A model generated the notes under the pieces. It did no database searches. It was not told the origin of the DNA and saw only the letters and a program-made list of their open reading frames with translations. DNA of 63,108 nt, counting the filler, from Basidiobolus ranarum (lineage: Eukaryota), in the NCBI GenBank assembly GCA_040143965.1. It is 8 parts of 8 records of this genome, joined end to end, with 100 filler letters (N's around TTAATTAATTAA, not from the genome) between each part and the next. Parts side by side here need not be neighbours in the genome. Positions count along the whole stretch, not along the records: positions 1 to 7,820 come from JASJQH010007933.1; positions 7,921 to 15,737 come from JASJQH010007934.1; 6 more parts are not named here. One strand, 5' to 3'. Positions 1 through 12,216 of the stretch are shown one piece after another. Within the stretch, counting starts at the first letter, position 1; each line of letters starts with the position of its first letter. The position numbers and the translations under genes are program-made.

Positions 1-158
1 TAGCTTTATGTTTAGCTATAAGTTTTTTCTCTATAGCCGGAATTCCTCCTTTTATAGGTTTCTTTGCTAAACTTAAAGTGTTCTATGCAGCTACTCATTC
101 TGGTTATTATAAATGACTCTCCACTGAAGGGACACACACTTGCTAATGATTTGTTTAG

Positions 159-1389
159 GCTGCCAAAGCAGAAACGGATGTACCTGATAATTGGCCAGAG
201 TTCATTTCCCAGCGTAGACGTTGGCTTAATGGATCCTTGTTTGCAGCTTTCTTTGCTACCGCGCATTGGATGAGAATTTACGGGGCAGAGCATGGAATGT
301 TCCGAAAGATTCTGTTTTTCATTCAGTTCGTTTACAATATAATCTCGCTATTTTTCAGTTGGTTCACTTTGGTAAGTCCTCTCTCTGTTCATTCTTCTAC
401 ACCTCTGTAGTAACCACTTTCATCAGGGTAATTTTTACCTGACATTCTATTTCTTGGCCGATGCGGCGGTGCCCAAAAACCCTGACGGATCAACCAGACA
501 TAGTTACGATCCCGATCGTCCAGATCCATTTTTTGGATATTCTTGGATAGTGTTCCCAATTGCAAGGCAAATCTTTTTACTGGGAATCATTGTTCAGTTT
601 ATTCTTTCCCTCGGGAATCGCCCCCAAGGCTCCAAAGCGGTCTACTTGATTTGCGTGTTTATCTTCGCATTCATTATGGCTATAATGCTGTATACGGTCG
701 GGTTCAATCTGTACATGTATTTCTCGGATCCTAGCAATACCCAACTTTTATTGAAGCATCCATTCGCGAAGGAGACTTTGAACTTGTTTATTGCGTTGGC
801 CTCTACATATGGACTGTATATTGTCTCTTCGATTCTCTACTTGGATCCCTGGCACATGATCACTTCATTTATACAATATTTGTTCATCTTCCCTTCCTAT
901 GTAAACATCCTGATGGTGTATGCATTCTGCAACACTCACGATGTTTCTTGGGGCACAAAGGGTGACAATGGGTCTACCGGTGACTTAGGCAAGGTGATGG
1001 TTCAGACCACTAAGCAAGGAAAAGAGGTGGCAGCGTTGGCAGTGCCCAGCCAACGTCAAGATATCAATGCGATCTATGAGGAGACAGTCAAGGATCTATC
1101 CATACGCCCAGTAATCCAGAAAGATAAGCGTGATGCTAAAACCAAGAAGGAGGACTACTATCGATTATTCCGTACACGAACCGTACTGGTGTGGATCTTT
1201 TCGAATGTCATATTGATTCTAGTTTTCCAAGCGATTGAGACCAATTCATGGTTTAATTTGAACACTCCCAAAGTAGCTGATTCCAAGCATTTCTATCTTA
1301 CCTTCATATTTTGGGCAGTTGCCATTCTGTCTTTGATCAAATTTATCGGTTGCTTTGCTTATCTGTACCTTAGTTGCCTTTGTGGCTGA
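159..1389 (+). CDS. chs: Chitin synthase (division I-type), 5'-partial; exons 159-371 and 427-1389
   Basis: Exon 159-371 translates AAKAETDVPDNWPEFISQRRRWLNGS, with the QRRRW catalytic motif at 210-224. GT-AG intron 372-426. The downstream exon has LGNRPQGS, LDPWHMITSFIQY and AFCNTHDVSWGTKG, all chitin synthase motifs. Confidence 0.95.
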
Positions 1390-1638
1390 GTGAAATGTTG
1401 ATCGTTTTAGCTCATTCACCCACTTTCTCTTCGATAAATCTAATTTTGTTAATTTAACTTGATAATACAGTCCCTTGAATTTTGACTTTAATTGCTTGTT
1501 TTGCTTGTTTGTCGCACACGCACAGATAAATATTTATGCCCTACATGCATAGTTTTTTGATGAGCTTCATCGCTAACCCTAGCTTGGTCGGGTAGTCGGA
1601 CAAATACAATAGTTTATATCCGATAGTTTACTAAACCC

Positions 1639-1700
1639 AACTAGGTATTTTGAAATCCAAACTGAGCTACTAACTAGGTATTTCGAAATCCAAACTGAAC
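1639..1700. repeat. Short direct repeat, two near-identical ~28-bp copies
   Basis: aactaggtatttYgaaatccaaactga occurs at ~1640 and ~1673. Confidence 0.7.
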
Positions 1701-2018
1701 CATAATCTCCAGAGTAATCGTCATGAGCTCAAAACTAGATATAAGCAGATGGGTGGTTAACCCTAACCCTAATATAGATTGACATATAGTTCCAGAATCA
1801 CCACAAAAGGTAATCCTTAGACATGAATATTTGAGTAGAATATCTATCTGTGAGAGTCCAACCAAAATTCGACCCTACCAGTTCTATAAATGGCCAACCG
1901 ACACTAAACCGGATACCATATGTATTGCCATTTTACGTGAGTATAAAGGATAACTAACACTAGGATTTTACATTTAACCAGTATTTTGGTATTGAGAACC
2001 TTAATTTTGTAACTGGGT

Positions 2019-2884
2019 ATGACAAACCAAAGCTTTTCTTATCCTATTAGTGAACACGTTAATCGACTTTCGATTAGTTCGAGTCCTCTGAAGAGAGCGG
2101 AGCGAGATATAACCAATGATAACTCAAGTATTAGTAATAAAATAAGGGCACGACATAATAGCATGTCTTCAACTTGCTTGGATTCGGCAACTTTCACACC
2201 CAGTGCTGTTCAGCTGAAAAACAAAGGTTCACTTCAAGTTCCCTTTGTTATTTGAAAAATTCTAACGTTCTTTTTAACTATAGAAGTGTTGGTGGATTTC
2301 TTTAACACCGATGTGTACCCAATACCAAGACTACTTCTGTGGAAGCATACTGTTGGTAATTGTCTAGAAGCTACCGAAGCGAATTATGTTCATTTAAATT
2401 TGAACATTGACACCCAAACTCAAAAAGTTGTAAATGTATCTCAATTGAAAGATCGACGCATCGTAGTTGTCATCAGTGACAATCAAACGCAACATACCGA
2501 AATATACTTAGAATATCCTTCCAATTTAAGTTCTGCCATTTACCAAAGATCTTCCAAGTTGAACCTTAATAGAATATACAATCTGGTAGGATTGAATTTC
2601 GTACAAAATATATTAGCTATATACTCGAGTGTTGACAAGGAAGTAAGAATCATAGTGTAATAACTTGTTTATATCCCGACTATATTGACCTTCTATTAAC
2701 GTTGTAGCTTGCCATAATTTCTTTCAAACGAGATTCAGTGAGCATTGTCAATTCTGACTGTACTTTTACTGCTGGACTAAAGAGTGAGGTGAAGAAACTG
2801 ATATTTATTCACGGCTCCAACGAGTTGTGCTTAGTAACCGAGAATGGTTTAAGAACTCTTAATATTACCACCCATCTAAAATAG
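2019..2884 (+). pseudogene. Spliced gene or gene fragment, possibly a relic of a fungal very-large-GTPase (VLIG)-type protein
   Basis: ORFs 2019-2255 and 2286-2660, plus a putative exon from ~2708 reading LIFIHGSNELCLVTENGLRTLN and ending at TAG 2882-2884. Family resemblance is from memory only. Confidence 0.3.
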
Positions 2885-3403
2885 CATATATACACTCCTT
2901 TTCCCGTGACGTCATCGAAGGCATGCTCTATTCATTCCAAGAGCTTTCTTACATTGTTGTATATATAATACATATGTAGAGTTCTTCCCATTCAATACAC
3001 CTTTTCATATGCTTCATTTCTTGAGATGTACATTGGTTCCAACTACACATAGAGTCTCTTTTAGGATTATATTTGTTTACTCCACAAGAGATATCCCTCA
3101 CTACTTTTTTAAATAAATCCTTCTCAAGCATTTAGAGCATAAACGGAGATTATAAATGGTAAGAGAATCACCAATATTTATTACCAGTATTAATGACGAA
3201 TGGTTCAAATAAGCGAATATTTCACGTCATCCAAAGGGATTTGAATGAAGAGTAGCATTTACAAATAGAGGAAACAGTAAGTTAAACGTGTTAAAATTCC
3301 GGATATTTCAATTCCAAGAAATTCAAATTCAGCCACCCTCCAACCACTATACAAATATTCTATTGAAACGTACTCCCCTTCCCCAGAATATACCACTTTT
3401 ATT

Positions 3404-5109
3404 ATGTTCGCTTCCAAAATCGAAAACAACCAACTCAATTCTACTCTAAAGGAAGTCAGTAAACCAGTGAGGCATGAAAATCCCTATATTGAGTCAGTAT
3501 TAAAGCGTCTTCGTACCTTAAAAAAACGTTGGGTAGGAGATTTTCACTGGATGTGGTTTTTATTTCGTAACCGAACCCTGAACTCACCTTGGTTTTCTAT
3601 AGAGTAAGATTGAAAGATATGACGAAGTAATAAATTCAAGTCCAGAAGGAAAAAGTGAGCTTATTCCTGACCAGATTCAAGCTTGGGAAAAAAAAGATGA
3701 GGTTTCTTCTGCCATCAAAGAGTTAGAAGATATAGTTAAACAGTTCACTATTATCGATGCGGAGGTACTTTCTCCTTTTCTTAGATTATTTATCACTCTA
3801 TGGAATATTTATCTGTGCATTGGAATAGGAAACAAAAACTCGCTTAGCTCAAGCTAAGGAGCAGGAACGTCAGTTAAAAAAATCCACTAGAAAGATAACT
3901 CTAGAAACCGAGGTTTGATGTTAAACAATTACTCAACCATTAGACCCTTGGTTTATATACTAATAAATTCTGACTATATTCAGGCGTCAGGAGCCCGTAT
4001 ACTTTTTGATACTGTAGGATTATTCCACGGGGTTTACAATATTGCACCCACTTGCGAAAATATTTCCGAAGCTGAGCGTATAGCGTTATCCCATTTCAAA
4101 GATATAATTATTTCAAAATTTGATTCTGAAGAAGATATAGAAGTGAAGCAAAAAGAAATATTCCATTATCTTAAAAAAATGAACAACCATTCAGAAGATG
4201 AGATATCTGAAATGGCCGGAGTACACTGTATCTTTTTCCCTTTACCATTGAGTATGCCCTTTAAATTCATGATTTATCCTTGACCTGAAGTTTTTTTCAA
4301 GTCCAAGATATAGCATCTCTATTGAACACTTTAATTTCACCACCCAAAAAACCCGAAGTGATTGTCGAAGAAGAGTCTGTAGAAGAGCTTCATGGAATCG
4401 AATTTTCTACCGAAGATTTAGAGCATGTACATTACGACGGCGATGATACAGGTGAAATCTCTAAAGAGCGGAATTTTTTATTACAAGAATGTTAATCATC
4501 TTTCCCTCAGTTGTTATTCACGAGGTGATTGTTCCACCTGGTGGCATCAGCTTTATGTCTATTTCGGAAATAGGTAATTAATACTGCTACATGAAATTCA
4601 AGTTACCATAACTCATCTCTTCCACTAGACAATCCTGTATTTAAACCCAATGGAGTCACCGACGAGTCCAATAGCTCCCATGATACGGTAACCAATGGAT
4701 TGGTGGACTCCACATCCGAAACACACAACACTCAAGAGATAATAGAAGAAAGTAAAGTTGTACAGAACAGTGCTCCACATCACGACCAAACAGAATCCGT
4801 ATCCGTACCAGCCGAGAAACATGAGAATCAACATCGTGGTGGTCATCGAGGTGGCTATCGTGGTAGACGCAATAATAATGGTCAACACAATACTGGCTAT
4901 CGTGGCCGAGGTAGCTCTGATGGAAGTCGCCGTGGTGGAAACCGTAGTCGTGGAGGTCGAAATCCCAACAATGATGCTCGTGGAAAAGGGCAATCGCATG
5001 GTAACCGTTCACTATAAGTATTGATATTATTTCATGAATAACCAGATATTTGTTAGGTAATCGAGGCCCAAATCGCGGTCGAGGTCGTCAAAGTCCAAGT
5101 GAAATTTAG
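3404..5109 (+). CDS. Caprin-1-like RNA-binding protein (N-terminal helical region, C-terminal RGG region), multi-exon
   Basis: Spliced N-terminus ENPYIESVLKRLRTLKKRLSKIERY...LIPDQIQAWEKKDEV...IKELED resembles the Caprin HR1 region. RGG/RG-rich tail at ~4830-5100. Last exon 5057-5109 ends in TAG. Confidence 0.65.
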
Positions 5110-5499
5110 TGGAGATTTTCTTTCTTAAAAAGCATGTTTAATTCCTTCATAATCCTCGATTCCCAATCCCCATCTCACATCCTATATTTTATGTTTTGAT
5201 CTCTTTCATTGTACACTACCATTTTTAACAAACTTGGCACTTTGGTTCAAATATACACCGATTTTAAGCATAAAGCGAACTGTTACATAGAAATCGAGTT
5301 TCAGAGATTTTATTCTTGTCAAAAACTATGCATTCTGCTTGACTATATGTTAATGTTGGTCAAACAAGGTGGAAAATTGTATGCTTTTCAATTTCAGCAG
5401 AAAAGAAAGTGCTGAACAGTAATCACAGACTAATAGTGCAAAGGGGATGGGGATGTGCCCAGAAAGATTGCTCTATTAACCTATAGGTCCATCAGCCAA

Positions 5500-7820
5500 T
5501 CAATCCTCTTCGTCTTGGAAGAAAGGATCCAAATCATCATCATCTACTTTGTCAACCGCAGGTTTGGGTGGAGGTGAGAGTGGGGATGGAATGCTTCGAT
5601 CCACCTCAATTGTAGGCGAATCTAAAGGAATATTCACTGTGTCTTTCTGGTCTGCGTTTACTTTCGAGGGTTCCGTTGACTGCTCTGGTTGCTCCACGGG
5701 GGTTTCGTTTGCTTCGACTTTCTCCGTTTCAGCAACAATTACTTTTTCATCGGACTTGGGAATATGGTCCTTGGTTGTGCTGGGAGCACTAGAATCATCT
5801 ATAGAGTCAAGTTCGATTGGCTCTACTCTAGGCGTTTGAGATACATCTTTCAGCTCGACCGCAGATTCGGATATTTCCGCACTTGGCTCTGGCGAATTAA
5901 AGCTCTCTCTATCCAAGTCAGAAGAAGGATCCGAGAATAACAGTTCACTTTCATCTTCCTCCTCATCATTCAGACTTGAGCTGGGTTTTACAACTTCAGC
6001 ATTTGGGTCTGACGATTCATTGTCATCATAGGATATATTCGTCAAGTTCATCGATTCAAAGATATCCTGATAATGGCATATCATGTCCTTCACAAACTTC
6101 TGTGGATGTCTGTCGTGGAAAGTCACTGGAGTCTCTACGTGCGGACGCAGAAGAATATGTCCAAGATTATGACAGATTTCGGGTAAAAATGGCTCCTCAG
6201 AGGACAAATCCTGAAGTAATCTATTTCAAAAGTCAGTCCTATCTGCCACAAAAGCATGATCTGTGGATAGTAGATTACTCACTGATTGAGATGGCTCATG
6301 ATAGCCTTTAAGCAGCGTTTGTTAGCAGAGGGCAAAGCGGTTAACAAATTTTGAAGTGAACTTAGTCTGGCCCTTTCTTCTTCGTCATCTTTATCTGGTA
6401 TTGGGACTTTCAGGTTTGGTGATTAGTATGATTTGATGTCATGAGCGTGATTCCAGATATCTTACCAGGTGCATAGATAGCCTTTACAGCATCATACAAT
6501 TCTGAAGTACACAAACACTCTGGAAGTTCCAACAAATAGAGTTTAAGCGCGCCAACAATACTTTTCAAGTCGTATCCTCGAAGTTGCTTCAGGGTCACCT
6601 GACATCCTTGATTGATACTTCTCTTTAGACTGTGGACTGTGGTCAATGGAACGCGTGCAATCCAGATGTCTCTCCTCTCGACGTACGACATGTCTCCGTA
6701 CCCCTTAGTAAGTGCACTGAGACACTTGGTGATTATCAGAGGGATGTGGTTCTTTGAGAGACGGGCTTGTTCTTCAAGGGGTACCCCGTAGATCTGATCC
6801 TTAACAGATCCATAATAGAAGTTTTCGTATACAACAGGCTTAGGGTGGAAGTAGCCAGTGCCGTATTGCTCAATCATAAATGTGATGTCATTCTCGGGTT
6901 TAAGTGTCTCAAAGTAAAGTTGAGTTCTTTCAGCCATAGATATGTGAGTAGAAACCACGTTCGAGAAGGTAGCTGCGAAGCTCAGGAATGCTGCCTTGAT
7001 GGCTACGATTCGATTCATTTCATTGTTTTCCATACTTCCAAGATAACTCATCAAAGCTCTTTCAGTAGACATTCTAGATTTATCGACAGTTTTAGCTAGA
7101 ACTTTATAAGTAGCGTCTGTCTCTTCGGCTTCAAGTCGTGCCTTCTCCAGTGGTGAACCTTGATCTTGATAAAGTTTCTTCCACTGATAGAATGAATTGG
7201 GTTTAACTGTGAACTTATTTCCACGCCCAATAAACTTCATGAATCCCTGATCTATAAGACCTTGACCAACCTGTTCCACCTGCTCTTCTGTCTCTAGGTT
7301 GTAATGTACACGAAGCCATTCTGCAATTGATTCTCCGGAAACCAGGCCCTTATATAAACCCAAGAAAGGATAGCGAACTTCTTGAGTTTTGATTTCGGTT
7401 TGAATTCTTTGTAAGAATTCCTTAAATTCTTCTTCGGTGAAAGAAAGAGTTCCAAGAGTATTTGTTATAAGTTCCAGTCTAAGTTGAAGGTCTTGAATAG
7501 ATAAACGTCTACTAGGTTTATCAGCCTCTTGTTTTTCCAAAGAGTCAGCGAGACCACATTTAGACATATAAATTTCTTGAGTACGTAACAATTCCGTTCT
7601 TTGTTTATCCAAACGTTTTAAAGCCAAGTCAATTGTTTCTTTCGTATTTTTCATAGCGGTTTTACGTTCGTCCAAAAAATTTTGTAAGGGTTTTACGACC
7701 AATTCGGTAATATCGGAAGCGTTTTGTTTATAAAACTCCCCTAGTTCAAAACACTCTTTTTTTAAACAGTCGAAAGTACGTTTTAAACTGGCTCCATCAT
7801 CTTTAGAAAACCCTCCATTT
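5500..7820 (-). CDS. Rho GTPase-activating protein with F-BAR/coiled-coil, DEP and RhoGAP domains (Rgd2/Rga8-like), 5'-partial
   Basis: DEP-like SGESIAEWL...VGQGLIDQGFMKFIGRGNKF. RhoGAP IYGVPLEE...IPLIITKCL...GALKLYLLELPECL. Acidic low-complexity C-terminal exon 5500-6207. Confidence 0.88.
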
Positions 7821-7920
7821 NNNNNNNNNNNNNNNNNNNNNNNNNNNNNNNNNNNNNNNNNNNNTTAATTAATTAANNNNNNNNNNNNNNNNNNNNNNNN
7901 NNNNNNNNNNNNNNNNNNNN
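7821..7920. other. Artificial contig linker (N44-TTAATTAATTAA-N44)
   Basis: 100-bp N pad containing an all-frame stop sequence. Confidence 0.98.
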
Positions 7921-7968
7921 AAGAAGTTCATTAACCCAAGCAAGAAGTGCTTGTCTACTTTCACTCAT
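7921..7968 (-). CDS. BIM1: EB1/Bim1/Mal3 microtubule plus-end protein, first 16 codons only (cut by contig end)
   Basis: MSESRQALLAWVNELL matches the conserved N-terminal SRxxLLxWxN motif of the EB1 CH domain. Confidence 0.65.
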
Positions 7969-8961
7969 TATACTCAAAAAAAAGGATAACTGTTGAAAAT
8001 GCTTTGACTTTGCGTATGCGAGCTTTTTGAAGTATACAAATTGGGGTTCAACCATTCGAAATGGTCCAATGTTTTCTGATGTTTTCAGGTTTTGCTTATG
8101 CATTTTCTGATGTAACAATTAATTTTAGTTGATTTAAAGGTCCCTAAGAAATGCATGTTAATTGTTATTATTATTATTTTCTATAACGTCATCCAGTATG
8201 TTACTTGGTCCCCTAAATTCATCATCGTCGTATTGAAGGGGTTGTCCTGTCGTCTTAATGGCAACAATATCCGTATATTCCAAACCTTAGCATTCAAGAC
8301 TTGAGTATTCCAGAACCACATATCCTCGTAGAGTTCATTACCCTAGGTCAATCTCGACTGAAAATATTTTGTGCCTCATGATATACTATTTCCTTTAGGA
8401 AACCCCGAAGAATCTTGAAGATACACCGCTATTGTAGAACAAAATGGCCTCGCCTAGTCGTATACCCAAAAATCCCACTATCGAAGCTAACAACAAGTCA
8501 CTTTGGCAATCATATAAATCATTGTCACCTCGTCTTCGTCTGGGCCTTGGATTGTGTAAGTACCTTCTATGTACCAAATTAGTGAGACATCCCTCTGATT
8601 CATTGTGAACCTTCTTTCTCCTTATGAATAGTTGGCATCGCATTCTCTTTTGCTGGAATATACGTAAGTGATCGGTTAGAAGAGAAGAAACCACAGGACT
8701 CGAAGCCCGAACTATAAATCACCTGGTGGCATTCCTCTGCATTCATGACCTAGCCTTTTGACGATTCCTTTCAAGCGTAGCCTGAATGTTATGTCAAAAG
8801 TAACTTCAAAATAATAAACACATCTACTTAAAACGGACCTAGTCCCAGATTTCTTACAAATATATTTTGTAAGCATTAGCTTTATTTACGTGAAAATGCG
8901 ATGATGTCTTTATCTGGTTGTAATGAAGAGAAATATGATGGCCAACAGGGAAAATAAGGAT

Positions 8962-9666
8962 CTATTCATGCATACGGCGACTGGCATCTCCGATACGATT
9001 GACTGGCTGAGGCTTGACTCGGCTCTTGCGCTCTTGTGCAGTCTTGGTCACTCTAAATTCATCGTTCATAATGTTACGTCCACGAATTATCTGAAGTTTT
9101 TCATGGGCGACAAAGGCGGGCCAGTTTAATTCATCTTTCTCGATAACATCCTTCAATGAAGGTCTTTCCCAAAATAAGGTGAGCTTAGGTACTTCGGCGT
9201 TATGTAAGCGCTTAGGTAGCTGGTTCAAGCCTTTGCATAAGGCAATAACTCTAGAGTCTACTTGATCCATTTCCTCCACCTTTCGCACGGTCTTCTTTTT
9301 TTTGAGCCACTCGGCATCCTTCTTGATGGGATCGATATTGTCATGAACCAAAGTATTCAATAAGTTAAGGTGAGTGAAGGACTCGAAGCCTGTAACAGCA
9401 ATCATGGGAGTCCAGTGATCTTTACGATAGTGGGCAGGTCTTTGGGTCTCCTTAAGTTGAGTCAATACAGCTGGCTATGGAAGTACGGGTTAGTTTAAAG
9501 GGGAAGCTTTATCATTGAAGTCATTTCAACTAAGAGAAATGGAATATAACTGAAATGAAGGAAATCTTCAAGAGCATACCTTGACGTTTTGCTTTAAAGT
9601 TAACAAGACTTGGGAAGTCATAATGTTACGAAATAAAAAGAGAGCATTTCTTTGAATGGGCGCCAT
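8962..9666 (-). CDS. MHR1: Mitochondrial ribosomal protein mL67 / Mhr1; exons 9666-9580 and 9474-8962
   Basis: Exon 1 MAPIQRNALFLFRNIMTSQVLLTLKQNVK and exon 2 RPAHYRKDHWTPM...LTLFWE resemble the Mhr1 motifs FRNxxxxQVxYS and RKDxW. The 3' end may be further spliced. Confidence 0.7.
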
Positions 9667-10137
9667 AGCTTAATTGAAAATAGTTGAGTTCAACTTTATG
9701 GTTCCTCGTTCGACTCTAACGTCAAGTATCAAAAGTTTCAATTTTTAGATGTCATGCAAAGTTTTAATTACTAAATTGGTATGGAAAAGATTCGTGGGTC
9801 TCACCAATAGAAAGTGAATTAACTATCGTAAAGGGAAAGTAGGATAATTAATATACTATCTAGGAGTTCCCGGTATTTTAACAATTTTTAAAATACTTTG
9901 CTCCATTTAATCTCACTTGGAGCTTACATTCAGTTGATTTCATTAATAGGTTAAATCTTGAAGAAAAAAAATTATATACACAATAATCAAGAATAATGTG
10001 CAGGTTCAAGGAAAAAAATAAAAAAAAAATACGAAGCTGCTTTACCGGGCTATCTCTTGTGGTTGCAGTACACAAAATAGACCCAAACTACCCTTCTACT
10101 ACTTCTCTTCTACTTATAATTATATTTCTTAGTAATT

Positions 10138-12216
10138 ATGGGTAAAAGAAATCGCGCCGCCCTGCTTGCCACTAATCTCCCACAGCTTCAAAATCTTATT
10201 AAGCGGGATCCCGAATCGTACAAGGATGAATTTATTCAACAATGGCGCCATTTTGAGTCCTCCCTCTCCATTTTCAAGTTGAAACCAGATGAAGAAGCCA
10301 AAGAATTCGGAGAGTTAATCACTTTCCTTGCTCAAGTTTCTCCCTGCTATCCAAAAGAGAGTAGCGAGTTTCCTAAAGAAATCATGGGTCTTTTATCTGA
10401 ACACTATCAGATTCTCGAACCCAATCTTCGTAAGAACATGGTATCCGCTCTAATTCTCCTTCGTAATAGAGATATTATCACTAGTACTAGTCTCTTGTCC
10501 CTCTTCTTCACTCTTTTCCGTTGCCACGATAAGAACCTTCGTGAAATGCTATATACACATATCGTGAACGACATCCGTAACGCCAACAATAAGCATAAGA
10601 ACAACAAACTCAACAAAACTTTGCAAAACTTCATGTTCACCATGATAACCTCAGCTGAAGGGGCTGCTGATAACAACAGTGAGAATGCCATTGCTGCAAA
10701 GAAGAGTTTGGACGTCTGTGTTGAACTCTACAAGAAGAATGTCTGGCATGACGCGAAGACCGTTAATGTTGTTGTTAGCGCTTGTTTCTCTCCTGTTACC
10801 AGAATTATGGTTACTGCTCTCCAATTTTTCTTGGGTGCTGACGAGGAGGAGGATTCTTCAGATGAAGAGGATGACGATGTTCCAGATGTCCGTCGCATGC
10901 AACAAGTCAAAACCTTTACCAAAAAGACCCGTGCTAAAACCCGTGCTTTAGATAAAGCTATTGCAACTGTTAAAAGAAAAGAGAGAAATAGAACCAAAGC
11001 CGAAAATTTCAATTTCTCAGCCATTCACTTGGTGAACGATCCACAAGGTTTCGTTGAGAAGCTCTTTGCTCGTCTTAACAAATCTTCTGAAAGATTTGAA
11101 GTTCGTTTGATGATCATGAAGTTGATTGCTCGTCTCATCGGTATACACAAGCTTATTTTCTTGAGTTTCTATACTTATCTTATCCGTTATCTCCAACCTC
11201 ATCAACGCGATGTCACCCAAGTCTTGGCATTGACTGCCCAGGCTTCTCATGAAATAGTCCCTCCTGATACCCTTGAACCAGTCCTTTTGGCGATTGCCAA
11301 CAATTTCGTCACTGAAAATATGTCAAGTGAAGTAATGTCAGCTGGTTTGAATGGCATTCGCGAAATCTGTTCTCGTTGTCCACTAGCCATGACTGAGACA
11401 CTTTTGCAGGATTTGACCGAGTACAAGGGCCACAGAGATAAGGGTATTATGATGGCCTCTAGATCCTTGATCGGTCTCTTCCGTGAAATCAATCCTGAAT
11501 TACTCAAGAAGAAGGACAGAGGTAAGGGAGTTACTATGTCTCTGAAAGATTTCAAGCCTGCTCAGTATGGTGAAGCGCGTGCTGCTGAGACCATCGACGG
11601 ACTCGACCTCTTGTCTAAAGAAAAGACCACCGAGGAAGATGATGCCGCTGCCTGGGAAGGATGGGAAGTTGAGAGTGACGATTCTGAGGGTGAAGGCGAT
11701 TGGGTTGATGTTCAGCAATCTGACGATGAGACTGCTATTCAGGTAGAAATGGACTCCGACGAGGAGAAACCAAAGGAGGAAGAGGAAAATCAAGAGCCCG
11801 TAGAGAACATTGCTCTTACCAAGATTCTTACTCCTCAAGACTTTGCTAGAATCAACGAGCTTAAGACCATGAATAAAGCGGAACAAATCATTGGCAAGAG
11901 AAAGCAAGATACTAATGAGGCTTCTGAAGAAATTGTGGATGAATCTACTATTTTAGGCCCTAGAAAGAAGAAGAAGCAGGACTACGAAGAAAGATTGGAA
12001 TCCATCAAGGCTGGTCGTGAAGGAAGATCTAAGTTTGGTTCAAGTAAGGGTAATCCTGATAGAGGCAGTACCACTAACAGAGAAAAGGCTAGAAACAAGG
12101 CCTTTATGATGGTGGTCCACAAACGCTCTGTCAAACAAAAGTCCAAGTTGTCATTGCGTGAAAAACAGAAGCAGCTTAGAACACACATCAATCACCAGAA
12201 GAAGAAAGGCCATTAA
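10138..12216 (+). CDS. SDA1: SDA1 ribosome biogenesis protein (692 aa, intronless)
   Basis: NLPQLQNLIKRDPESYKDEF, FSAIHLVNDPQGFVEKLF, ILTPQDF and STTNREKARNK motifs. Confidence 0.96.
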   Translation: MGKRNRAALLATNLPQLQNLIKRDPESYKDEFIQQWRHFESSLSIFKLKPDEEAKEFGELITFLAQVSPCYPKESSEFPKEIMGLLSEHYQILEPNLRKNMVSALILLRNRDIITSTSLLSLFFTLFRCHDKNLREMLYTHIVNDIRNANNKHKNNKLNKTLQNFMFTMITSAEGAADNNSENAIAAKKSLDVCVELYKKNVWHDAKTVNVVVSACFSPVTRIMVTALQFFLGADEEEDSSDEEDDDVPDVRRMQQVKTFTKKTRAKTRALDKAIATVKRKERNRTKAENFNFSAIHLVNDPQGFVEKLFARLNKSSERFEVRLMIMKLIARLIGIHKLIFLSFYTYLIRYLQPHQRDVTQVLALTAQASHEIVPPDTLEPVLLAIANNFVTENMSSEVMSAGLNGIREICSRCPLAMTETLLQDLTEYKGHRDKGIMMASRSLIGLFREINPELLKKKDRGKGVTMSLKDFKPAQYGEARAAETIDGLDLLSKEKTTEEDDAAAWEGWEVESDDSEGEGDWVDVQQSDDETAIQVEMDSDEEKPKEEEENQEPVENIALTKILTPQDFARINELKTMNKAEQIIGKRKQDTNEASEEIVDESTILGPRKKKKQDYEERLESIKAGREGRSKFGSSKGNPDRGSTTNREKARNKAFMMVVHKRSVKQKSKLSLREKQKQLRTHINHQKKKGH

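Noticed and set aside
7865-7876. Recurrent TTAATTAATTAA palindrome at ~7.9-kb spacing
   Set aside because: It is embedded in N pads and is an assembly linker, not a biological repeat.
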